The notes: generated by a model from the sequence alone, not told the origin. A stretch of 64,000 bases of DNA from Pseudomonadota bacterium (GCA_038040175.1 JBBPIT010000009.1:6931-70930); one strand, 5' to 3'. Positions 19,098 through 28,839 are shown, numbered from the stretch's first letter. A program made the numbers and translations.

Positions 19098-19772
19098 TTA
19101 ATCCCCGAACCCTCGACGAAGCCCCGCGCATGCGGGGCTTTCTGTCGGGGGCGGGGCGATGACTGATGCATAGCCGGCGCGTTCCAGTTCGCCCAGGTGC
19201 GCGAGATCTTCCGGGAGGTCCACATCGAATGCGAGCCCCGCACTTTCTACGGTTACGCATTGCACGCCGAGCTGCCGCACGTGCTCAAGATGGCGCACGA
19301 AGCTTCCCGGCCCGAAGGAAAAAGCGAATTCCAGCGACGGTTCCAGGCACAGGCCATTGGTCCCTTGCCGAGCCCGGTCCGGCGCGATGCCGACGCTGTG
19401 AGCCGACCCGGCGTCTGCGAGGCGTCGCAAGTCCTCCGCTTCCAACAGTGGAAGATCGCACGGGACTACCAGCATGTGCGACGCGCCCAGACGCCGGACT
19501 GCGAGTTGTGCTTGCCGCAACGCGCCGTTCAACCCGACGCACGCGCGTTCCTCGAGCACCTGCGCACCGAACTCGGCAGCGCGTGTGCGCGTTTCGCTGC
19601 ACCCGCTGACCAGCAGGGTCCGCTCCAGACCAGGAAATTGTGCGGCTCGCTCGAGTGTGCGCAAGAGCAGTCTTTCCAGGAACGCGCGGCGCCGCATGGG
19701 GTCGAGTGCCGGCGCCAGCCGGCTTTTGCCGTCGCGCAGGGACTTCATCGGCACGACCAGCCAGACACTCAT
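19098..19772 (-). CDS. cofC: 2-phospho-L-lactate (or PEP/3PG) guanylyltransferase, F420 biosynthesis
   Basis: 224 aa. MSVWLVVPMKSLRDGKSRL...GLNGALRQA...LVVPCDLPLL is the CofC/FbiD pattern. Its ATG overlaps the cofD stop (ATGA). Confidence 0.75.
   Translation of the reverse strand: MSVWLVVPMKSLRDGKSRLAPALDPMRRRAFLERLLLRTLERAAQFPGLERTLLVSGCSETRTRAAEFGAQVLEERACVGLNGALRQAQLAVRRLGASHMLVVPCDLPLLEAEDLRRLADAGSAHSVGIAPDRARQGTNGLCLEPSLEFAFSFGPGSFVRHLEHVRQLGVQCVTVESAGLAFDVDLPEDLAHLGELERAGYASVIAPPPTESPACAGLRRGFGD
19118..19141 (+). terminator. GC-rich stem-loop downstream of the epoxide hydrolase gene
   Basis: GAAGCCCCGC-gcat-GCGGGGCTT followed by tctgtc. It lies inside the last codons of the convergent cofC ORF, so its role is uncertain. 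Confidence 0.45.
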
Positions 19773-20734
19773 GCCCTTGCTCTTCTTGCCGCGGGTGAAG
19801 CGAACAGGCGGGTGAATTCGATGACCCGCCCGGCAAGTGCCGGCCGATCCCCCGGATCGTTCATGACGGTCGCCGTCGCGAGTGGGCGGATGCCCAGCTG
19901 CTCAATGGAGGCGCTCAGGGCCGCATCGGCGTGATCCACGACCAATGCGTCGATGAGGCCTTGATAGAATCGCGCGACCTCCACCGACGAAGGCTCCTTC
20001 CCCAGCTCGCGCATGATCTTGGCGGCAGGGCCCTTGAGCGCCTGTCCGGCGACGATGGGCGACACGGCGATCGCAGGCACCCGCCGGTGCTCGAGCGCGC
20101 TTCGCACTCCGGGGAGTGCGAGGATGGGAGCCACGCTCAAGTGCGGGTTCGACGGACAGATGACCACGGCGCTCAGCGATGGGCTGTCGAGGGCCGCGCG
20201 GAAAGCGGCTGCGATCCGCGCCCGTTCGGCGCCGGCGAACTCCAGGTTCGTCACGGCCGGCTCGGCGCGCCGCCGCACGAAATAATCCTGAAAGCTCAGT
20301 ACGCCCTCGACGGTGTGCACGAGGGTGCGTACCGGGTCATCGCTCATCGGCGTGATGCAGTGGCGGATGCCCAGGCTTGCGCACAACGCCCGGGTGACGG
20401 CGGAGAGGCTCTCCCCGGTGCGCAGCCGCCGCGTGCGCTCCACATGGGTGGCGAGGTCGCGGTCACCGAGGCGGAACCAGGTCTCTCCACCCAGTGCCTC
20501 CAGGCTCTGCATGAAGTTCCAGGTTTCTGCTGCGATACCCCAGCCCCGCGACGGATCGTTGATGCCCGCCAGCGTGTACATCACCGTGTCCAGATCCGGG
20601 GAAACATTCATCCCCAGATGCTCGAAGTCGTCTCCTGTGTTGACGACAACCGTCAGTTCATCGGGAGCGAGCACATCCGCGAGGCCCTTGGCGAGCTTCG
20701 CCCCTCCAACGCCGCCGGCAAGCGCGAGGATCAC
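19769..20734 (-). CDS. cofD: 2-phospho-L-lactate transferase, F420 biosynthesis
   Basis: ORF 19769..21211 is over-extended. A GTG at 20734 overlaps the upstream stop (GTGA) and gives (M)ILALAGGVGGAKLAKGLADVL...VVNTGDDFEHLGMNVSPDLDTVMYTLAG...GWGIAAETW, the CofD signature. The trimmed product is 321 aa (966 nt including the stop codon). Confidence 0.85.
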   Translation of the reverse strand: MILALAGGVGGAKLAKGLADVLAPDELTVVVNTGDDFEHLGMNVSPDLDTVMYTLAGINDPSRGWGIAAETWNFMQSLEALGGETWFRLGDRDLATHVERTRRLRTGESLSAVTRALCASLGIRHCITPMSDDPVRTLVHTVEGVLSFQDYFVRRRAEPAVTNLEFAGAERARIAAAFRAALDSPSLSAVVICPSNPHLSVAPILALPGVRSALEHRRVPAIAVSPIVAGQALKGPAAKIMRELGKEPSSVEVARFYQGLIDALVVDHADAALSASIEQLGIRPLATATVMNDPGDRPALAGRVIEFTRLFASPAARRARA

Positions 20735-21387
20735 GGTTCGCCGTCCTCGTAGCGGGTGACTTCGCAGACTGGACGGCGCCTGAACGGCTTGCCCTGGTCT
20801 GCCGGATAACCCAGCGTGACGATCGCTTGCGGCTCCCAGTCGGAGGGAAGTACAACCGCCGCCGATACCGCTTCCGGGCAGAACAGCGGCGCGCACATCC
20901 AGCATGCACCCAGGCCCGCGGCATGCGCGGCCAGCAGCAGATTCTGGGCGGCCATCGCTGTTCCCTGCGCTGCCATCAGTCGCTCTGCCTGATTGCGCTT
21001 TTCGTCGGGGTAGCAGTCCATGTCCGCCATGGTCATGCAAACCAGGATGAGTACCGGTGCGCCGGTCAGGCGCGAGTGGGAACGCGCCACGTCGGCGTCG
21101 ATGGCATCCGCGGGATCGCCGTCGCCCTGGCGATCCGCGCGCAGCTTCTCGCCCATGGATCGGGCGAGGTTTTCCTTCGCTGCCTGTGTCTCGATCACGA
21201 GGAAACGCCACGGCTGGCGATTGTGGGCGGACGCTGCCGTCACCGCAGTCTCAAGAAGAGAATCGACCAGCTCGCGTGCAACCGGCAACGGCAGATAACG
21301 CCGGATCGAGCGACGTCCCGCGACAGGATCGGCGAACGAGATAGCGTGGGCCGGGTCGTTTGCCAGGCGATTTTCCTTGACGCCCAT
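20731..21387 (-). CDS. Stand-alone nitroreductase-family protein (FbiB C-terminal-domain-like; candidate dehydro-F420-0 reductase)
   Basis: Trimmed to MGVKENRL (ATG at 21387, 2 nt after the cofE stop). RRSIRRYLPLPV...AASAHNRQPWRF...AAQNLLLAAHAAGLGACW is the nitroreductase fold. It sits between cofE and cofD. Confidence 0.7.
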   Translation of the reverse strand: MGVKENRLANDPAHAISFADPVAGRRSIRRYLPLPVARELVDSLLETAVTAASAHNRQPWRFLVIETQAAKENLARSMGEKLRADRQGDGDPADAIDADVARSHSRLTGAPVLILVCMTMADMDCYPDEKRNQAERLMAAQGTAMAAQNLLLAAHAAGLGACWMCAPLFCPEAVSAAVVLPSDWEPQAIVTLGYPADQGKPFRRRPVCEVTRYEDGEP

Positions 21388-21389
21388 GG

Positions 21390-22202
21390 TTATCGGAACA
21401 AGTCTATTTCCTTGGGGCGGATCAGCTCGGCTGCGCATCCGTTGTGCGCTTCGCCAGGCAGACCGCGGATCAGTACGATGGGCGTGCCTTCGTCGGACTG
21501 GCCCATCAACAGCGACGCGGCCGCCGCCAGTTCGTCGGCCAGGCCAACTTGCGTGATGCGTAGCGCCCGCCCAAACAGATCGGGCTTGCCGCGCAGGTCG
21601 AGCAGTGCCGGAACGCCGCTTGCGCCGATGGCAACGCCCACCGTGCCGTTGCGCCAGGCGCGGCCGTGGCTGTCGTTGATGATCACGCCAACATCAACCG
21701 CCGCGCGCTGCAGCAGTTCGTGCCGCAATTGCGTGCACTCGCCATCCGGGTCGCGCGGCAGCAGCAGCGCCCGGGTCTCCTGCGCATTGCCCTCCACGTT
21801 CGAAAAGTCGATACCGGCGTTCGCCATCACGAACCCGAGGCGGTGTACCACCACGATGACGTCGCGCCGGGCGCGCAGCACTTCAGAGGATTCGCGGAGG
21901 ATGAGCTCGATGACGCGCGGGTCCTTGTCGACGACCGTGGACAACTCCAGCGCGCGAGGGGATGGCGTCACCGTAGCAAGATCCACATGGCAGCCCCGGG
22001 CCTTGGACACGATCTTCTGCGCGAGCACCAGCACGTCGCCGGACGCCAGTTTCTCGCCGGAGCGCGCAACGGCGCTGATGATCGTCTCGCACAGATCGTC
22101 GCCTTCGCGCACCAGCGGCACGCCGGCCAGCGCGATGAGCCGAACCTCGCGTTTGCCTGCCGCTTTCGACGGGCGTGCGCCCGCATCCGCCATGACACCC
22201 AT
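21390..22202 (-). CDS. cofE: Coenzyme F420-0:L-glutamate ligase
   Basis: Trimmed to MGVMADAG; the ATG at 22202 shares its A with the npdG TGA stop. GDVLVLAQKIVSKARG, FVMANAGIDFSNV, VGVIINDSHGRAWRNGTVGVAIG and DELAAAASLLMGQSDEGTPIVLIRG match the CofE signature. Confidence 0.85.
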   Translation of the reverse strand: MGVMADAGARPSKAAGKREVRLIALAGVPLVREGDDLCETIISAVARSGEKLASGDVLVLAQKIVSKARGCHVDLATVTPSPRALELSTVVDKDPRVIELILRESSEVLRARRDVIVVVHRLGFVMANAGIDFSNVEGNAQETRALLLPRDPDGECTQLRHELLQRAAVDVGVIINDSHGRAWRNGTVGVAIGASGVPALLDLRGKPDLFGRALRITQVGLADELAAAASLLMGQSDEGTPIVLIRGLPGEAHNGCAAELIRPKEIDLFR

Positions 22203-22924
22203 CAGTGCTCCGCGGCGTCCAGGCGGGTGATGCGGATGCCGGCGCCGCCGTGAATCTTGTAGCGGGAATTGATCGCGATCAGGACCGACGTCAGCGCCTC
22301 GGCAGCCGCGGAGTTGGCGATGGGCCCGGCGTGTATGCCGCGCAGACCGATGTCCCCGGCAAGCTTGATGACCGTCTCGCGCGCGGGCACATCGTCCCCG
22401 CACACCAGCACGTCGCACTCCACTTCATGACCAAGGTCCTGCAGGAGATGTGCCGCCACGTTCTGGAATGCCGAGACTACCCTGACGGATTCGCCCAGCA
22501 AGGCCTGGATCGCCGCCACGGCTGACCCGTCCTCGGGGAGCTGGACGCGCGCGACCGTCGGGGGCACCAGTGGCACGGTGGTGTCGACGAGGATTTTTCC
22601 CTCGAGCGCTGGACGCACCTCTTCGACGGTGCCGCGCTGGGCGGCGTAGGGAACGCACAGGACAACGATCTGCGCGGACGCGGCGGCGCCGCGATAGCTG
22701 TCGTGCGAGACAGCGGCCCGCCCCAGCCGTGCATCGATCTGTGCGCACACCTGCGCTGCCTTCTCGGCGTTGCGCGAGCCGATGATGACCGGGTAGCCCG
22801 CATGCGCCCAGCGCAGCGCCAGTCCACTGCCTTCGGCGCCGGTGCCGCCCAGCACTGCAATCGTCGGTCGCGCTGAAGCGTTATCCGTAGTAGTCATTTC
22901 ATCCTTGAAAAAGTATTCCATCAC
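22202..22924 (-). CDS. npdG: NADPH-dependent F420 reductase (F420H2:NADP+ oxidoreductase)
   Basis: 240 aa with IAVLGGTGAEGSGLALRWAHAGYPVIIGSR, VPYAAQ, VVSAFQNV and GPIANSAAAEALTSVLI. Confidence 0.8.
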   Translation of the reverse strand: MMEYFFKDEMTTTDNASARPTIAVLGGTGAEGSGLALRWAHAGYPVIIGSRNAEKAAQVCAQIDARLGRAAVSHDSYRGAAASAQIVVLCVPYAAQRGTVEEVRPALEGKILVDTTVPLVPPTVARVQLPEDGSAVAAIQALLGESVRVVSAFQNVAAHLLQDLGHEVECDVLVCGDDVPARETVIKLAGDIGLRGIHAGPIANSAAAEALTSVLIAINSRYKIHGGAGIRITRLDAAEH

Positions 22925-22952
22925 AGAGGTTCATGAAGTGCGGTTTTTGGGT

Positions 22953-23912
22953 TCATCGGTCCGCAAGCGGCAGCACCTTGGCCGCGAACCGCCCCATCGC
23001 GGCGAGCGACTCATCCAGCGTGGGCCGCACGAAGTTGAACAGCAGGTGGCGCACTCCCAGGGCGCGGAATGCGCGGATGTCCTGCGCCACCTCCGCGTCG
23101 CTGCCGGTGAATGTCTGCCGCTGCCCGTCTTCGAGCGTGCTGGTGCGGCCTTCCCTGTACCAGGCCGCCCAGTACGCAAGGTCGATGCTGTCGGGATCGC
23201 GCTTTGCGCGGGTGGCATCCTCGCGCAACCGGGATAGCGCCTGGGAATAGCGCTCGACGGTGTTCAGCGGAAACTGCGGGTTGGAGCCGATCGGGTACCA
23301 GGCATCGCCCAGCGCCACCACACGTCGCAATGCCGCCGGGCTCTCGCCGCCGATCCACAGCGGCGGGTGCGGTTTCTGCGCGGGTTTGGGCAGAAAGCTG
23401 ATGTCCTGGAAATGCGCGTAGCTGCCAGCGAAACGCGGATCGTCTTCGGTCCAGAGCGTCTTGAAAATGTGCAGGTACTCATCCGTGACCTTGCCGCGCT
23501 CGGCGAAGGGCGGCACGCCGATGGCCCTGAATTCCTCGTCCATCCAGCCGGCGCCGCAGCCCACTGTCACCCGCCCCTGCGAGAGGATGTCGATGGTCGC
23601 CAGCGCCTTGGCCGTGAACACGGGATTGCGGTGAGGCACCACCATGACCGAAGTCAGCAAGCGGATCCTGGTCGTCGCGGCAGCCAGATAGGCCATCAGC
23701 ACGAGTTGTTCAAGGCAATCACCTTCGGCGGCACCCACCATCTTGCGCTCGGTGTTGTACGGATACGGCGAGGCGATCTGGCGCGGGATGACGATATGGT
23801 CGGGAATGGCAAGGTAGGCGAAGCCGAGTTCCTCACCCCGCCGGGCCAGTGCGACGATGCTCTCACGCGTTGCAAGTGCACCTCGTGTGGGAATGCTGAA
23901 GCCGTAATCCAC
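22953..23912 (-). CDS. Luciferase-like (LLM class) F420-dependent oxidoreductase
   Basis: 319 aa with LGFAYLAIPDHIV, RIRLLTSVMVVPHRNPVFTAKALATIDILSQGRVTVGCGAGWMDEEF and PHPPLWIGGESPAALRRVVALGDAWYP. Confidence 0.8.
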   Translation of the reverse strand: MDYGFSIPTRGALATRESIVALARRGEELGFAYLAIPDHIVIPRQIASPYPYNTERKMVGAAEGDCLEQLVLMAYLAAATTRIRLLTSVMVVPHRNPVFTAKALATIDILSQGRVTVGCGAGWMDEEFRAIGVPPFAERGKVTDEYLHIFKTLWTEDDPRFAGSYAHFQDISFLPKPAQKPHPPLWIGGESPAALRRVVALGDAWYPIGSNPQFPLNTVERYSQALSRLREDATRAKRDPDSIDLAYWAAWYREGRTSTLEDGQRQTFTGSDAEVAQDIRAFRALGVRHLLFNFVRPTLDESLAAMGRFAAKVLPLADR

Positions 23913-23972
23913 CGATCGAACCTCCTGTGTGTCTCTGTCGTGAGCTGCTTTTTCCAGAGTGAAAGCTGGCGC

Positions 23973-26435
23973 TTAGACCGGCGTTGCAGTCGCTGGCCGA
24001 GTGTTTGTCGCCTGGATGCGGGCACGCTTGCCTGCGGGCGTCAGCACGATCGGGGCGAGCGTCTGCGCCGCATACGAGCGCTCGCATTGCCCGGCTGGCG
24101 CCGCCGAATAGAGCGTCGTGCGCTGCTGCGCTACGCGTCCACAGGAGGCAATCAGTTCGTCCATGCGTTGTGGCGGCATTTCCTGTCCGTGACAGGTGCC
24201 TGCTGCGCGCGAAATACTCTCGTTCATCAGCGTGCCGCCGAGGTCGTTGGCGCCCGCCTGCAAACAGGCGCGCACCGCCTCCGCGCCCAGCTTCACCCAC
24301 GACACCTGCACGTTGGGAATCAGCGGATGCAGTGCCAGCCGCGCCACCGCATGCATCAGCACGGTCTCGCGGTAAGTGGGACCTTTGCGCGCCTTGCCAT
24401 GCAGGTACATCGGCGCTTCCATGTGCACGAAGGGCAGAGGGACGAACTCGGTGAACCCCTGGGTGCGCGCCTGCAGCGCGCGAATGCGCAGCAGATGCCG
24501 CGCCCAGTGCTCGTATCTGTCGACATGTCCGAACATGATGGTCGCGGTGGTCCTGAAGCCCGCCCGGTGCGAGGCCTCGATCACCTGCAGCCACTGCCCG
24601 GTGGTGAGCTTGTCGGGGCAGATGATGCGGCGCACTTCGTCATCCAGAATTTCCGCCGCGGTGCCGGGCAGGGTTCCCAGGCCGGCGTCACGCAGGCGGT
24701 GCAAAAATTCATCCACCGATAAATGCAGCGTCTGCGCGCCGTGCCATACCTCCAACGGAGAAAACGCGTGGACGTGCATGGGCGGGAGTGCCGACTTCAC
24801 TGCCCGGCACAGCGCCAGATAGGTTTCGCCCGTGTAATCGGGATGAATCCCGCCCTGCATGCACACCTCGGTGGCGCCGCGCTCCCACGCTTCCTCGGCG
24901 CGCCGCACGACTTCGTCGAGCCCCAGATCGTAAGGCGTGCCACGCAGATTGTCGGCGGCCTTGCCCTTGGAGAATGCGCAGAAATGGCAGCGGAAAGCGC
25001 ACACGTTGGTGTAGTTGATGTTGCGGTTGACCACGTAGCGCACCGTGTCGCCCACGGTGCGCCGGCGCAATTCGTCTGCCGCAGCGCAGACGGCATCGAA
25101 CTGCGCGCCGCGCGCCCGAAACAGCGCAACGATATCGCGCTCCTGCAGTGCTTGCCCGTCGACGGCTGCGTCGAGGATGCGTGCAATTTCTCGCATCGGC
25201 GCGCCCGCCGGGGTCATTGCCGGAACAGCGCTAATCTTTGCCGGAACTGCGCCTGACTGGCCCGGCGACCAGGCATCGGTCCGGGCGAATCCTTCGGCAT
25301 CGACCGCCCGCAGCACACGGGAAACCAGCGCAGGATCCTGCCAGGTCGCAGCGTCCCTGCAAAAGCCCGGATAGACGGCGAGCCGTTCGACCAGTACCTT
25401 GCCCGCGCCTTCGGTGTTCTCGCGCAACCTGACGATGTCCGGCCACGGCATCTCGGGGTTGACGTGATCGGGCGTGACCGGCGACACGCCGCCCCAGTCG
25501 TTCAGTCCGGCCGCGATCAGCTGCGTGTAAGCGTCCGGCGTCAGGTTCGGCGGCACCTGCAGGTTCATCTCCGGTCCGAAAATTATCCGGGCGACGGCCA
25601 GCGTCCACATCAACTCGGCGAACCCGGGCTCCGGTGCAGCGGCCATCTTCGTCGCGGACTTGGCGCGGAAGTTCTGGATGATCACTTCCTGGATGTGGCC
25701 GTAGGACTCGTGCAGCGCACGGATGGCAAGGAGTGAATCGATCCGCTCCTCCCGCGTCTCGCCGATCCCGATAAGGATGCCGGTGGTAAAGGGAACCTTC
25801 AGTTCGCCGGCGTGGCGCATCGTTTCCATCCGCACCGCCGGCGCTTTATCCGGAGAGCCATAGTGCGCGCCGCCCCGCTCGCACAGCCGCGTGGAGACAT
25901 TTTCGAGCATGATGCCCTGCGAGACCGACACGCGGCGCAGCAGTGCCACTTCTTCTCGCGACATCACACCGGGGTTGACGTGGGGCAGCAGACTCGTTTC
26001 CCGCAGCAGCAGCGCGCACATTTCTGCGAGATAGGACAGCGTTGTCCCATGCCCGAGCCGCGCCAGTTCCTCGCGCGCCGCGGCGTAGCGCAGTTCGGGC
26101 TTGTCGCCGAGGGTGAACAGCGCCTCGTGGCAGCCGGCGCGCTCGCCCGCGCGCGCGATCTCCAGCACCTGTTCGGGAGACAGATAGGCACGCGCGCCCC
26201 TGCGGGGCGTGGCAGCAAACGTGCAGTAATGGCAGACATCCCGGCACAGGTGGGTGAGCGCGATGAACACCTTGCGCGAATACGACACGACGTCGCCGTG
26301 ACCCATGTCGCGCAGCCGGGAGGCCTGGGCGATCAGTGCATCGGCGCCGGCTTGCAGCGCCACCCGCCGCGCTTCGTCATCGCTCAGGCGGCGGTGCGTG
26401 CTGGCCTCGAGAAGTGTGGCGACTGGCTCCGTCAT
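23973..26435 (-). CDS. fbiC: Bifunctional FO (7,8-didemethyl-8-hydroxy-5-deazariboflavin) synthase, CofG+CofH fusion
   Basis: ORF 23973..26606, trimmed to MTEPVATLLE (ATG at 26435). Two radical-SAM CxxxCxxC motifs are present (CRDVCHYCTFA and CAFRCHFCAF). The product of about 820 aa is colinear with FbiC. Confidence 0.9.
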   Translation of the reverse strand: MTEPVATLLEASTHRRLSDDEARRVALQAGADALIAQASRLRDMGHGDVVSYSRKVFIALTHLCRDVCHYCTFAATPRRGARAYLSPEQVLEIARAGERAGCHEALFTLGDKPELRYAAAREELARLGHGTTLSYLAEMCALLLRETSLLPHVNPGVMSREEVALLRRVSVSQGIMLENVSTRLCERGGAHYGSPDKAPAVRMETMRHAGELKVPFTTGILIGIGETREERIDSLLAIRALHESYGHIQEVIIQNFRAKSATKMAAAPEPGFAELMWTLAVARIIFGPEMNLQVPPNLTPDAYTQLIAAGLNDWGGVSPVTPDHVNPEMPWPDIVRLRENTEGAGKVLVERLAVYPGFCRDAATWQDPALVSRVLRAVDAEGFARTDAWSPGQSGAVPAKISAVPAMTPAGAPMREIARILDAAVDGQALQERDIVALFRARGAQFDAVCAAADELRRRTVGDTVRYVVNRNINYTNVCAFRCHFCAFSKGKAADNLRGTPYDLGLDEVVRRAEEAWERGATEVCMQGGIHPDYTGETYLALCRAVKSALPPMHVHAFSPLEVWHGAQTLHLSVDEFLHRLRDAGLGTLPGTAAEILDDEVRRIICPDKLTTGQWLQVIEASHRAGFRTTATIMFGHVDRYEHWARHLLRIRALQARTQGFTEFVPLPFVHMEAPMYLHGKARKGPTYRETVLMHAVARLALHPLIPNVQVSWVKLGAEAVRACLQAGANDLGGTLMNESISRAAGTCHGQEMPPQRMDELIASCGRVAQQRTTLYSAAPAGQCERSYAAQTLAPIVLTPAGKRARIQATNTRPATATPV

Positions 26436-26539
26436 GGTTTGCGTCTCGCAATCGTTCGGTTGCCTGAAGAATACCTGATACGGGTCCGGCAGAGGCGCGA
26501 TGTGCACTTGAACTCCGCTTTGGGCTAGCGATCGTGGGG

Positions 26540-27658
26540 CTAGTGATCGTGCCGGTGATGGGCGCTCAATGCGTCCGTGCCAAAGTCGGCGACCGGATCG
26601 CGCCATACCGTGTGCACGTGGTTCCCATCGCGCGTGGTGTTGTCGTACTCGACCAGCAGGCGATGTCCCTGGATACGGTAATAGTGCGGCCGTCCCGGTT
26701 CATTGCTTCCCGCCCAGGCAAGGTGAAGGCTCGGGAATGACGGACCGGTGATCTTGGCCATTTCGCCGTCGGCGATGTGGTCCGGCAGGCGTCGCACATA
26801 GACGTCCAGTAGCGCCCGCAGCATTTCCTGCTGCGAGGCGCTCATCGCCGCTGCGGCCAGGCCTTTCGGTACGGTCGTAAAGCGCAATGCGTCGATATGG
26901 GTTCCCGTGAGACCGAGCTTCGCTTCCTCGGCGTCCTGAACGCGTTCGAGCATATCCTGGAGTTCGCCCGTAAACTCGTTGCGCCATATCTTGGCCAGTC
27001 GCTTGGGGCCGTCGCCCTCGCTGAGAACGGTGCGATTTGCGCCCACCAGGTCGACTGGCGGTACCGGCGACAGCACAGCGACGGACCTTTGCTCGTCGCT
27101 CAGTGAGCGCAGCAGGTCGAACGCCAGGTCTTCACAGGCAGCCAGTGGTCGCAGAAGATGCGGCCCGAGCAAGGGCGACGACGCGGGATCTGCGCCGAAG
27201 AAGCAGGGTGTGAAGGCGCGCACCTCGCCAGCGGCGACCGTGTGGTGAATGGAGATATGATGGCCGCCGAAACGCCACGACCAGGTGTCGGCGCCAGGCG
27301 TACCGAACACGCGCAGGTAATAGCGCGCGGGATCGCGTCCGCGATCGAACCCGTACGACGCGCGCCAGCCTTCGAGTTCGTCAAGGACGTTCTCGAGTCC
27401 CATGATGGTCGAGGCGGTGACAAACCCTGCTCGGCTCAAGCCCGTGGCGAGCAGCCGCATGGTGAGTCGCTGCTGGGTCGGGCTCATCTCGCCGACAGTC
27501 AGACCGCCGTGGTCTGTCGGCGTGTAGAACCACAGCCGGCGTTCCTCGTCCGAAGGGAAGTCCCACTGCGCCACACGCCGCTGATCGGCCGGGAGTGTGT
27601 CGAGCAGCGCTTGGGCGGCCTCTGCCATGCGCGCGGCGATGCTGCGGCTGTCGCTCAT
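26540..27658 (-). CDS. DUF3500 domain protein
   Basis: 372 aa with AAQALLDTLPADQRRVAQWDFPSDEERRLWFYTP...GLTVGEMSPTQQRLTMRLL and WSWRFGGHHISIH. This is DUF3500 as I remember it. Confidence 0.65.
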   Translation of the reverse strand: MSDSRSIAARMAEAAQALLDTLPADQRRVAQWDFPSDEERRLWFYTPTDHGGLTVGEMSPTQQRLTMRLLATGLSRAGFVTASTIMGLENVLDELEGWRASYGFDRGRDPARYYLRVFGTPGADTWSWRFGGHHISIHHTVAAGEVRAFTPCFFGADPASSPLLGPHLLRPLAACEDLAFDLLRSLSDEQRSVAVLSPVPPVDLVGANRTVLSEGDGPKRLAKIWRNEFTGELQDMLERVQDAEEAKLGLTGTHIDALRFTTVPKGLAAAAMSASQQEMLRALLDVYVRRLPDHIADGEMAKITGPSFPSLHLAWAGSNEPGRPHYYRIQGHRLLVEYDNTTRDGNHVHTVWRDPVADFGTDALSAHHRHDH

Positions 27659-28827
27659 GCACCGGGTGCCCGCAGGCCGAAAATCAGTTCCGGGTCGCCG
27701 GGAACCCAGGTGCCGTCGAACTGTGAGCGGCGCCCGTTGCGGCGGGTGCGATCAAGAAGTTGCTGCCCGAGCGCGAGCTGTCCCGGTTCCCACTGTGCGA
27801 GGGCGGTCGGAACGTCACGTTGCCGATCGAGCGCGTCGGCCAGCGCCCAGGCGTCGGCGGCTGCCTTTGCCGTTCCGGCTGCCGCGTGCGGTCGCGCAAC
27901 GAACGCGGCGTCGCCGATCAGGCAGACGCGTCCGAAGGCCATGCGCGGCACCTCGATATCGTAGACGACCTGGAGGAACGGCTGCGCGGTGCTGCAAACG
28001 ACACGGGCGATTGGTTCGGGGAGGCGCGCCGCCGCTACAGCGCGCAGTTCTGCGACATGTTGCTCTCTGGCCGCGCCGGGTGGCAGCGATATGTCGCGAC
28101 GCTGACCGGTGTCATCGGTGAGCACGTCATCGAGGTCGCTGCCCTTGAGGTAGTTGCGGTACCAGACGAAGTTGATGAGCCGTTCGCCGGGCGTCACCGA
28201 ACCAGCCGGTCCGGGTATCGGGTACACGAGGATGTGACTGTTCGCGTAGACATAGTAGGTGATGGCGTCATCGAACACCGCACGGGTGGCCATGTCCAGC
28301 GAGGTTTCGGCAACCATGCCCCGCCACGCCACATATCCCGAGTACGACGGCTGCACCGCCGGCAACAGGCGCGCCCGCGCGGCCGAGCCGACGCCGTCGG
28401 CGCAGACCAGAAGATCGACTTGCTGCGATGGTTTGTTGGCGAAGTGAGCCTCCACGGCGTCGTCGCCGTCGACCCATCCGGTCATCTCGTGGCCGAGGTG
28501 ATACTGCGAGGGTTTGATGCGTGCCAGCAACTGCCGGTACACGGTATGCCACGAACTGAACCGGTACTGGTGCAGCCCGTCGTAGATCACCTCGCCGCGG
28601 CGGTCCAGATAGCGGATGTGCGAGGTGGCGACGCTGATGCGCTCCAGTGCGACGCCGGCGCGCTCGACCAGGTAGCGGGCGCTCTCAGGAAGGAATCCGA
28701 TGCCCGCCCCGCGTTGCACCAACTCAGAGGGTGAGCGCTCATAGACGTCGACTTCGACGCCAAGCTCGTGGAGCAACAGCGCCGCGGTCAGCCCGCCGAG
28801 AGAGCCGCCGATGACCGCAGCGCGCAT
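27655..28827 (-). CDS. FAD-dependent monooxygenase (aromatic-ring hydroxylase-like)
   Basis: 390 aa with MRAAVIGGSLGGLTAALLLHELGVEVDVYERS (GxGxxG), DLLVCADGVGS and GRVCLIGDAAFVARPHAAAGTAKAAADA. Its stop overlaps the DUF3500 start. Confidence 0.8.
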   Translation of the reverse strand: MRAAVIGGSLGGLTAALLLHELGVEVDVYERSPSELVQRGAGIGFLPESARYLVERAGVALERISVATSHIRYLDRRGEVIYDGLHQYRFSSWHTVYRQLLARIKPSQYHLGHEMTGWVDGDDAVEAHFANKPSQQVDLLVCADGVGSAARARLLPAVQPSYSGYVAWRGMVAETSLDMATRAVFDDAITYYVYANSHILVYPIPGPAGSVTPGERLINFVWYRNYLKGSDLDDVLTDDTGQRRDISLPPGAAREQHVAELRAVAAARLPEPIARVVCSTAQPFLQVVYDIEVPRMAFGRVCLIGDAAFVARPHAAAGTAKAAADAWALADALDRQRDVPTALAQWEPGQLALGQQLLDRTRRNGRRSQFDGTWVPGDPELIFGLRAPGA

Positions 28828-28839
28828 ACGGCCGCTCGG

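Noticed and set aside
19769-21211. The 480-aa version of cofD and the 877-aa version of fbiC (23973..26606), as given by the longest-ORF track.
   Set aside because: The N-terminal extensions overlap the upstream genes and are Arg/Pro-rich nonsense. Internal starts fit operon coupling: the GTG at 20734 overlaps the upstream stop and opens the CofD signature, and the ATG at 26435 opens MTEPVATLLE.
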